Below, one piece after another: positions 39,108 through 45,603 of a DNA stretch of 45,603 bases (the first letter of the stretch is position 1; each line of letters opens with the position of its first letter). The notes under the pieces are model-generated. The model was not told the origin of the DNA. It searched no databases and worked only from the letters and a program-made list of their open reading frames with translations. Source of the stretch: Myxococcota bacterium (lineage in GTDB: Bacteria > Myxococcota_A > UBA796 > CAJQPC01); contig JAYXVV010000175.1 of assembly GCA_036021505.1 (NCBI GenBank), positions 1 through 45,603 on the forward strand, given 5' to 3'. The translations under genes were made by a program, and so were the position numbers.

Positions 39108-39608
39108 CTACGGACCTTGTGGCGGGGGCGGGGGCGGACGCCCGTGGTCCGAGGAGTCCTGACGGACTCCGAGAGGAGGCGCATCACCTGAGGATCCAGG
39201 GGGAAGGTCTCCTCCCGGTCCCCGAGTTCCAGGGGGCGGGCGCCCTCCCTCTCCACCGACCAATTCCCGATGGAGATGGGGCCGCTGCACAAAGAGTCGG
39301 CAACGGGATTGCATTTCACGCCCTTGAATCTGTTGGCACCAACGCGCGGTACTCGGATCGATCTCTCGGGTGAAGGTATGGAGCACATAGTCCCGGACAT
39401 TGGTGCTCTGAATCTCTTGAAGAAGCGCCTCACCCTCTTGCGGACTCGCGCGGTAGACCGACACGGCTATCTCGGCAAAACAGGTGTCACGTGCCCCACT
39501 CTCCGCCAAGGAACGACAGTCTTCGATTGTGCTTGGAGAGGACCCTCTACAGCCTCCCAATACCACCAAGGCAAGGGAGAACGGGAGCCATCGTGTCCGG
39601 TTAGTCAT
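39108..39608 (-). CDS. Hypothetical lipoprotein with a Pro/Gly-rich C-terminus
   Basis: The N-terminus (MTNRTRWLPFSLALVVLGGC) is a signal peptide with an LGGC lipobox. The tail is low-complexity Pro-rich sequence. Its start codon overlaps the divergent exbB-like start. Confidence 0.45.
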   Translation of the reverse strand: MTNRTRWLPFSLALVVLGGCRGSSPSTIEDCRSLAESGARDTCFAEIAVSVYRASPQEGEALLQEIQSTNVRDYVLHTFTREIDPSTARWCQQIQGREMQSRCRLFVQRPHLHRELVGGEGGRPPPGTRGPGGDLPPGSSGDAPPLGVRQDSSDHGRPPPPPPQGP

Positions 39609-40395
39609 GGTTCAAACCTTGCACGCCGCAAAAGACGGTGCAACAAAGGAAGAGTACGACGGAGAAACCCACGTGCTGGACTACCTTCTCAATGCCTTCT
39701 CAGGGCCCGGAGCGACGTTCATGTATGCCATCACTGGCATTCTGGCCTTTGCTCTCGCCATCCTCATTGAACGCGGTGTGTTGCTGACCTTTGTGTGGCG
39801 GCCCCAAACCGATGCGACAATCGCCGCCATTCGAGCGGGTGACTACCCCAAAGGCGTCTCAAGCGCTGGAAAGGCGCTCGCTCCCGTCCTCGAACAAGGC
39901 CAAAAGGAGTCCACTGCGGACCTCGCCTGGGAAGCCATGAGTGCCTCGGCGATTCGAGTCGAATCGAAGATTCGAAAACGTCTGAACTACCTCTCCGCGT
40001 CGGGCAACATCGCAACGATGTTGGGGCTTCTCGGTACGGTCTACGGACTTGTCGTCGCATTCTCAAGCCTCGGTGAGGCCGGTCAGAGTGCGACCGACAA
40101 CCTGTCTGCAGGCATCGCAACCGCCATGGCCACCACAGCGTACGGCCTCTGTGTCGCGATTCCGTGCATTGCCGCTCATGCCTGGCTGGAAGGCCGAGCC
40201 GAGGCTCTCTTGTCCGCGATGGAGGCCATGGCTGCCGAGTTGAGCCTTGCCATCCGTCGAGGCGATCGGGACCTCCACGGTCAGATGCCCGCAAACGCGG
40301 GTCGTGACGAACAGACCGAGCAAAACCTGCAGCGACGCATCAGGCGCCACGCTCCGAAGGTGCTGGCCGAGAACCCCGAACCGAAAATCGACTGA
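39607..40395 (+). CDS. MotA/TolQ/ExbB-family proton channel protein
   Basis: It has three TM helices and the conserved family region (LSASGNIATMLGLLGTVYGLVVAF...GIATAMATTAYGLCVAIP). The start is ATG 39607, with ATG 39721 as an alternative. Confidence 0.8.
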   Translation: MVQTLHAAKDGATKEEYDGETHVLDYLLNAFSGPGATFMYAITGILAFALAILIERGVLLTFVWRPQTDATIAAIRAGDYPKGVSSAGKALAPVLEQGQKESTADLAWEAMSASAIRVESKIRKRLNYLSASGNIATMLGLLGTVYGLVVAFSSLGEAGQSATDNLSAGIATAMATTAYGLCVAIPCIAAHAWLEGRAEALLSAMEAMAAELSLAIRRGDRDLHGQMPANAGRDEQTEQNLQRRIRRHAPKVLAENPEPKID

Positions 40396-40397
40396 AC

Positions 40398-40916
40398 GTG
40401 TCATTGCTTCGCTCAAGACGTCTCCGACGCAGACCTGTAGAAGAGTCGGATCCCCGTCCCGGTCTGCTGTCGATAATTTCTCTGTTGCTGCTTCTTTTGC
40501 CCTTTCTTCTGCTGACGACCTCCCCACAGAAACTCGCGGCCCTCAGCTTTCGGCTCCCGCCGGCTGGTGAGGGACTGCCTCCGCTGCCGAAGGGGACCAT
40601 CGAGGAGCTCTGGGTTCAAGTCGAGCCTGGGGCAGTGGTGATTCACAAGGCGATCCGGAGAAGCGATGTGGACGCTGGTCAGGGCGAAGCAGACTGGACA
40701 CAGAGCCGGATCACCACGATCGACGGACAACCCGATCTCCGATCCATTCAACGTTCCTTACGGGAGATCAAGCAGCTTGACCCGGTCCGTGAACGGATCC
40801 GCCTTCACCCAGCGGCGGAGACCACTGCTGCGGAGGTTGTGACCCTGATGGATGCGATGCGAGCCGATGCCATCGGCGAGCTCTTCGGCCAAGTCGTTCT
40901 GGCGGCCAGCAAATGA
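40398..40916 (+). CDS. ExbD/TolR-family protein
   Basis: The N-terminal TM helix (LLSIISLLLLLLPFLLL) is followed by a periplasmic domain. The gene lies immediately after the ExbB-like gene. Confidence 0.7.
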   Translation: MSLLRSRRLRRRPVEESDPRPGLLSIISLLLLLLPFLLLTTSPQKLAALSFRLPPAGEGLPPLPKGTIEELWVQVEPGAVVIHKAIRRSDVDAGQGEADWTQSRITTIDGQPDLRSIQRSLREIKQLDPVRERIRLHPAAETTAAEVVTLMDAMRADAIGELFGQVVLAASK

Positions 40917-41359
40917 AGCGCATTCGAATCCCCTCGCACTCCAAGAGCCAGCTCTCTCGCTCGGCCCTCACGCCCATGGTGGATGTCTTCACACTGCTTC
41001 TTGTGGCCCTTCTTGCAAGCTACTCCACCGATGAACCGGTGCGTCAATCCGACCGCGGTTTTGCATTGCCTCGAACCAACGCAACGGCGGCAGTGTCTGC
41101 AGGAACCACACTCGACCTCACAGATGACGGAATCTACCTCGAGGACCAACGCCTTGCGGCGAGCGCGTACTACCTCCAAGAAGATCAGGACCTCATCAAA
41201 GAAGTCTATTGGCCGCTGCTCCAGATGGAGAAAGGCGCCCTGTTGATTCGATCCGATGAGAACATTGCGTATCGGCTTCTGGAGAAGCTCATCTTTACGG
41301 CTCAAGAAGCCGGGTGGGAGAGCATCAGCTTGGTCGCGCAGACCAAGTCGAGTCTTTAG
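40913..41359 (+). CDS. ExbD/TolR-family protein (second copy)
   Basis: The ExbD signature LTPMVDVFTLLLV is present. An ATGA overlap couples it to the previous gene. Confidence 0.75.
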   Translation: MKRIRIPSHSKSQLSRSALTPMVDVFTLLLVALLASYSTDEPVRQSDRGFALPRTNATAAVSAGTTLDLTDDGIYLEDQRLAASAYYLQEDQDLIKEVYWPLLQMEKGALLIRSDENIAYRLLEKLIFTAQEAGWESISLVAQTKSSL

Positions 41360-41379
41360 GTCCGAGAGAGCTGCTCTCC

Positions 41380-42315
41380 TCAGCGTTTCGCGAAAGCCGA
41401 GCAGCGCTGCCGCAGATCCTCGCGTTCGACCACCTGGCAATGTTCCAGAGCCCTATCTGGACTCAAGCGTTTGGCATGGGCACTGAGTCCCAGAAAACAG
41501 CTGTCTTGATGCCGGGGTAGCTCCCTGCAGAACTGGGCGGTCTCCTCTTCGCTCCGCTGTTCAGCCACAGCCCACCCCAAGCCGTGGAAGCAGTTCTCTT
41601 GGTACAAGGGATCGTGCGTTGGAACCTCTTTGCAGAGCTCAATGGCGGCCAGCGGTTCGGTTCTCCCGAGGTACTTTCCGAGCCCGTGAAAGCAGGTCTT
41701 CCGCTGCAGGGCATCCCCCTCTTCCAGCTTGCACCAAGCGAGCGCGTTCTGAGCATCCACCTGCGCGATCTCTCCATTGACGTCATGACGGCAGAAGTCG
41801 CGCCACATGCCGGCATTTGAACAACTCGCACGCGCGTATTCAAAGTCCTCGGTGCTCCAGGCCAGGGCAATTCCAAACCAGCACTGATCCTCCCACTTCT
41901 TTTTTGGGATTGTCGGACAGATGCCCTCCGAGCGCTCCCGGTCGGTGAGACTGTGCAGCTCCGCCACGTCTGCCACACACTCAAAACGCTGATCCTTGTC
42001 TCGAACCTCGTCACACGACTCGAGAGCACCGTTCACGTCCCGCTCGGCCCTCTGCCAAGCAAGTGCCTTGAAGCAAGCATCCCGAAAGTCCCCGCCTCTC
42101 TGTTCGCAGCCCTCCCAGGTGTGCAGAGGCGCCTCCCCTTCACCTCGTTCCTCGGATGCACCGTCCGGCTTTGGCGGAACAGCAAGGAAATGTTCGACCT
42201 CCTGGACCACCGCTTCAACAGCGGGGACCTCGGCATGAGCCCGAAGCGTCGAGACGAGTGTCAGGCAACCTGCCAAACAGACCCCATAGAGCAGTCCAAA
42301 CCGAATCTCGCCCAC
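41380..42315 (-). CDS. Cys-rich repeat lipoprotein, hypothetical
   Basis: It has an LAGC lipobox. At least five ~30-aa repeats each carry a Cys pair (CFHGLGKYLG...ELCKEVP, CFHGLGWAVA...QFCRELP, CFLGLSAHAK...EHCQVV, CWFGIALAWS...ASCSNAG, FCRHDVNG...AWCKLEE). Confidence 0.6.
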   Translation of the reverse strand: MGEIRFGLLYGVCLAGCLTLVSTLRAHAEVPAVEAVVQEVEHFLAVPPKPDGASEERGEGEAPLHTWEGCEQRGGDFRDACFKALAWQRAERDVNGALESCDEVRDKDQRFECVADVAELHSLTDRERSEGICPTIPKKKWEDQCWFGIALAWSTEDFEYARASCSNAGMWRDFCRHDVNGEIAQVDAQNALAWCKLEEGDALQRKTCFHGLGKYLGRTEPLAAIELCKEVPTHDPLYQENCFHGLGWAVAEQRSEEETAQFCRELPRHQDSCFLGLSAHAKRLSPDRALEHCQVVEREDLRQRCSAFAKR

Positions 42316-42512
42316 AGTCCCCTCTTACTGCTGCACGTACCCAATGGTACGCATCAACTCTTCTCGTTGCTCCACCGTGTACCCCGTGTCTTCTTTCTCT
42401 TCCGCCTCGGGTTCTTCGCCTCCAAACCAGCCACAGGCCGCCCCATTGAGGGCAACCCCGAGAAACAAGATCCAGCAAACCCGCTGTTGCATAGGGCTAG
42501 AATAACCAACCC

Positions 42513-43337
42513 ATGGACACCTCCGCCTCCACCCCCCTCGAAACTCTCCAAGAGTTGCTGCTGGAAGAGCAGGACGGAAAGGCCGCGGATCGGACACGAA
42601 CCCTGCTGATGTTGATGGAGGCGGTCCGAGAACGGGCGGTGCGTCCGAGGATGCTTCGCGATGCACTCGGTCAAATGGACAATCCTTTGTTGTTGGCCGT
42701 TCTCAACCGCGTCGTGGATGCGGCCGAACAGGGAAGTCCGCCTGCTCGCAGCATGATGACCGAATTGGCGCTCTCGCCCTCCGTTCTCGACGAACTCACC
42801 CACATCCAGCTCAAAGAACTTCACCACCTTGCATCGGAAGCCAAACTTGAGGCTGTAAGCCGACTTTTACTGCTTCCGAGAATCAACAAAAGCAAGCTCG
42901 ATACCGCCTTTGACGACAATGAACACCTCCCCCTTCCCTTGGGGGTTCGACGACAGGCCGCACGGGGTCGCAACCGGGACAAGATCGATCGCCTGCTCCA
43001 CGATCGGGATCACAGGGTCATCCAATTGCTCCTGGACAACCCTCTGCTGACCGAGCGCGATGTCGTCGCGATTGCTGCACGCCGCCCAACGCGAGCAGAG
43101 GTCATGAAGACCGTTGCCTCCCACACCAAGTGGTCCTCACGGTACCGGGTGCGAAAAGCAATCGCCTGCAACCCGCACACTCCGGAGAGCATCTCCATTC
43201 GCCTTCTGCCGACCCTCATGATTCAGGATCTTCGCTTTCTAGCAAGCTCCGGGGCACTGCTGCCCGAACTGCGTGAAGAGGCCTATGCCCTCATTCAACG
43301 ACGCTCCCAATCCGCCTCTTCACCACCAAAGGACTGA
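42513..43337 (+). CDS. Hypothetical Leu-rich helical protein
   Basis: The ORF is 274 aa with coding-like composition and no recognisable motifs. Confidence 0.45.
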   Translation: MDTSASTPLETLQELLLEEQDGKAADRTRTLLMLMEAVRERAVRPRMLRDALGQMDNPLLLAVLNRVVDAAEQGSPPARSMMTELALSPSVLDELTHIQLKELHHLASEAKLEAVSRLLLLPRINKSKLDTAFDDNEHLPLPLGVRRQAARGRNRDKIDRLLHDRDHRVIQLLLDNPLLTERDVVAIAARRPTRAEVMKTVASHTKWSSRYRVRKAIACNPHTPESISIRLLPTLMIQDLRFLASSGALLPELREEAYALIQRRSQSASSPPKD

Positions 43338-43343
43338 TCAACA

Positions 43344-43706
43344 ATGGCACGATTCACAGGTTCAGGTTCGAAAGGAGGCCGCTCCGAAGTTTCCGGGATG
43401 GACAGAAGTGACCTCTACAGCTTGAAGAGAGAGGTCGACCAGTTGCAGAGCATTGTCATGCATCTGCTTCACTGTTTGGCCAACAACGAACAACCCGACC
43501 TCAATCAGAGCGTGATCCGAGAAGCCCTCTACCTGCCTAAAGAGGGGGACCCCTCAGAGGTCCTGGAGCGCCTTCGAAGAACCCAAGCCACGATTGAAGG
43601 GAAGACGGAGTGCCCCTCTTGCAAGAGCATGGTGGAGCTGCGCGCTGGCATTGACCCGCGCTGCAACTTCTGCGGTCACGAATTCACCGTACCCGTGTCG
43701 CCTTAG
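43344..43706 (+). CDS. Small zinc-ribbon protein, hypothetical
   Basis: Its C-terminus carries CPSCKS...CNFCGH (CxxC-N13-CxxC). Its stop overlaps the convergent tatA stop. Confidence 0.5.
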   Translation: MARFTGSGSKGGRSEVSGMDRSDLYSLKREVDQLQSIVMHLLHCLANNEQPDLNQSVIREALYLPKEGDPSEVLERLRRTQATIEGKTECPSCKSMVELRAGIDPRCNFCGHEFTVPVSP

Positions 43707-43924
43707 GCCTCTTCCGCCTCAGTCACCCGTTGAGTTGAAGTCTCGGAGGTGACATCGATTTCTTTGGCAGCGGCGTCCACGGCGCCCTCCAACTCCTCCG
43801 CTGGCTTGTTCATCTCGTCCTTGAACCCACGGATGCTGCGCCCGAGAGCGGGGCCAAGGCCTTTGAGCTTCCCGGGGCCAAACAAGAGAACCACGATGAC
43901 CAGCAAGACAAGCAGTTCGCCCAT
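43703..43924 (-). CDS. tatA: Twin-arginine translocase subunit TatA/E
   Basis: MGELLVLLVIVVLLFGPGKLKGLGPALGRSIRGFKDEM is the canonical TatA TM helix, hinge and amphipathic helix. The start is the internal ATG at 43924. Confidence 0.85.
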   Translation of the reverse strand: MGELLVLLVIVVLLFGPGKLKGLGPALGRSIRGFKDEMNKPAEELEGAVDAAAKEIDVTSETSTQRVTEAEEA

Positions 43925-43994
43925 ACCGGGAAAGGTGATGGCTGGAAAAGAGACAGACATGTCAAACTCCTAATGGTGGCGCAAGAATAGCCTT

Positions 43995-45248
43995 TCAGAC
44001 CGACCAGGCCAACCGTCCGGCGCGGATTACCGCCCGAGTGGCGTGGGATCCCAGGTACTGAATCAACGAGGCAGAGGCGGTTTCCCCGGGTGGAAGCTGG
44101 AACAGACTTAAATCGGCCACTGAGCCCGCCCCAATCCATCCCCGATCCTTCAACCCCAGCGCAAGCGCGGCGTTTTTTGTGATTCCCAAGAAAGCCTCTT
44201 CCACAGTGAGCCCCATCTGAACACACGCCAAACTGGCACAACTGAGAAGATCCCGGACGGGTGAGGAGCCCGGGTTGAAATCCGTCGCCACAGCCAGAGG
44301 TACACCCGCCTCCGCGAGTTCTCTTGCCGGTGGAGGCGTGTCGCGAAGATAGAGCTGGGCTCCGGGAAGCAGGACCGCAACCATTTCATGGGAGGCCATG
44401 GCGTCAATGCCGGCCCCGTCCAAACGCTCGAGGTGATCCGCAGACGTACATCCCACTTCTGCCGCCATGGCCGCGGCGCCTGTCCATTCCACCTGCTCCG
44501 CATGGATGCGGCCCGTGAGGCCCCGATCGATTCCCGCCTGTAGGATTCGCCGACTCTCTTCAACCGTGAAGGCACCCCGGTCGCAGTAAACATCGACCGC
44601 GTTTGCAAGTCCTGCAACCCCAGGAATCATCTCATCGATGACGGCTTGAACATAGGCTTCGCGATCGTTTCGGTACTCCGATGGAAGGGCATGAGCACCC
44701 AAAAAAGTGGTCTCTACGTGGACTGGCCAACGTCCCTCGGCCAGAATCCGACAGAGTCGAATTTCATCGGTGACCGAAAGTCCGTAGCCCGACTTCACCT
44801 CAACCGTGGTGACTCCGTTCTGGAGGAACCCCTGCAGCCGCTGGCGAACCAGTGACGTGAGCACGCGATCCGAAGTGTTGCGCGTCGCCTGAACAGTCGA
44901 CAAAATCCCGCCACCCTCTTCCAGGATTGCGGTGTACGACTCCCCCCCCAATCTGCGTTCGAATTCTCGTGCCCTGGAGCCTGCGAACACGGTGTGGGTA
45001 TGGCAATCCACCAAACCTGGAAGCCCAACACACCCCTGTGCATCGAGGGTCTGCCTCGCAGCCGGCGCCTGGTCCGCCGATCCCACGTACACCAATTCGC
45101 CGTCCTCGTATCCAACGGCGGCGTGTTTCAGGGTTCCCAACGTTCCTTCACCCAACTCCGGATTCATGGTGTGGAGCTCAGAAATGGGGCTCACCAGCAA
45201 ATCCATCGATTCTCCCTTTCTGAACAATCGTACCCCAGAATGGCGCAT
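43995..45248 (-). CDS. hutI: Imidazolonepropionase HutI (amidohydrolase superfamily)
   Basis: Motifs PGLVDCHTHTVFAGSR, KSGYGL and DFNPGSSP are present at a length typical of HutI. An alternative start is the ATG at ~45206 (MDLLVSP). Confidence 0.8.
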   Translation of the reverse strand: MRHSGVRLFRKGESMDLLVSPISELHTMNPELGEGTLGTLKHAAVGYEDGELVYVGSADQAPAARQTLDAQGCVGLPGLVDCHTHTVFAGSRAREFERRLGGESYTAILEEGGGILSTVQATRNTSDRVLTSLVRQRLQGFLQNGVTTVEVKSGYGLSVTDEIRLCRILAEGRWPVHVETTFLGAHALPSEYRNDREAYVQAVIDEMIPGVAGLANAVDVYCDRGAFTVEESRRILQAGIDRGLTGRIHAEQVEWTGAAAMAAEVGCTSADHLERLDGAGIDAMASHEMVAVLLPGAQLYLRDTPPPARELAEAGVPLAVATDFNPGSSPVRDLLSCASLACVQMGLTVEEAFLGITKNAALALGLKDRGWIGAGSVADLSLFQLPPGETASASLIQYLGSHATRAVIRAGRLAWSV

Positions 45249-45369
45249 GCTCGATTGTCATGCTAAAAAGCGCCACCTTCCCTGCCTGGCTGGTCGGGAG
45301 ACCCCTTATCTGTCGACTCTACACACCTGAGTCCCTTTCTACTATACGAAATCCATCCGGAGGCCTTGA

Positions 45370-45603
45370 ATGCGCTGCGCCATTCTCTCACTGTCCACCC
45401 TCATCCTTGCCTGCGGCGGGGGATCCTACAACCAGGGAAAAGACAACTGGGACACCGACACCGGTGACACCGCCGAGAGCGACACCGACACCGATACCGA
45501 CTCCGACACCGATACGGACACCGACACGGACACCGATACGGACACCGATACCGATACCGATACCGACACGGATACCGATACGGATACCGATACGGACACC
45601 GAC
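45370..45603 (+). CDS. Thr-Asp dipeptide-repeat lipoprotein (3' end lies outside the window)
   Basis: The N-terminus is MRCAILSLSTLILACGGG (ILAC lipobox), followed by (TD)n for more than 30 dipeptides. The DNA is a degenerate GAYACS hexamer array from ~45460 to the window end. Confidence 0.6.
   Translation, partial: MRCAILSLSTLILACGGGSYNQGKDNWDTDTGDTAESDTDTDTDSDTDTDTDTDTDTDTDTDTDTDTDTDTDTDTDTD

Noticed and set aside
42325-42492. Small ORF (55-113 aa) between the Cys-repeat lipoprotein and the divergent hypothetical gene
   Set aside because: It has a weak lipobox (GAAC) and no ribosome-binding site. The longer version is Pro/Arg-rich, so it is more likely promoter region.
45460-45603. Regular short-period repeat resembling a CRISPR array
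   Set aside because: The period is 6-12 bp with no spacers, the region is in-frame coding for a TD dipeptide repeat, and no cas genes are present.

Overview
A high-GC (~60%), densely coding bacterial chromosomal segment from a Gram-negative organism with many lipoproteins, plausibly Myxococcota or another deltaproteobacterium-like lineage. Most of it is recognisable housekeeping and envelope machinery. From the left: a tandem flotillin (SPFH) pair next to hflX; two small secreted proteins; a surA–pdxA block with a second PpiC-type isomerase lipoprotein; a translationally coupled M16 peptidase pair; a membrane histidine kinase with a sigma-54 NtrC-type response regulator; and a B12-binding radical-SAM enzyme. 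The minus strand then carries a canonical MoxR–DUF58–vWA–BatD–BatE ('Bat') operon followed by dnaK–dnaJ. groES–groEL runs divergently from dnaK and has a predicted sigma-54 promoter and a structured, terminator-ended leader or sRNA in the spacer. Further right: enoyl-CoA hydratase plus lnt; an ECF sigma / anti-sigma / secreted caspase (peptidase C14) / two-lipoprotein operon; an ExbB–ExbD–ExbD set; tatA; hutI; and a partial TD-dipeptide-repeat lipoprotein at the right edge. No CRISPR arrays, rRNA or tRNA genes, or mobile elements are visible. The most novel-looking content is the five-gene ECF-sigma-coupled caspase module and the putative sigma-54-driven structured RNA between dnaK and groES. 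Both are inferences from sequence only.
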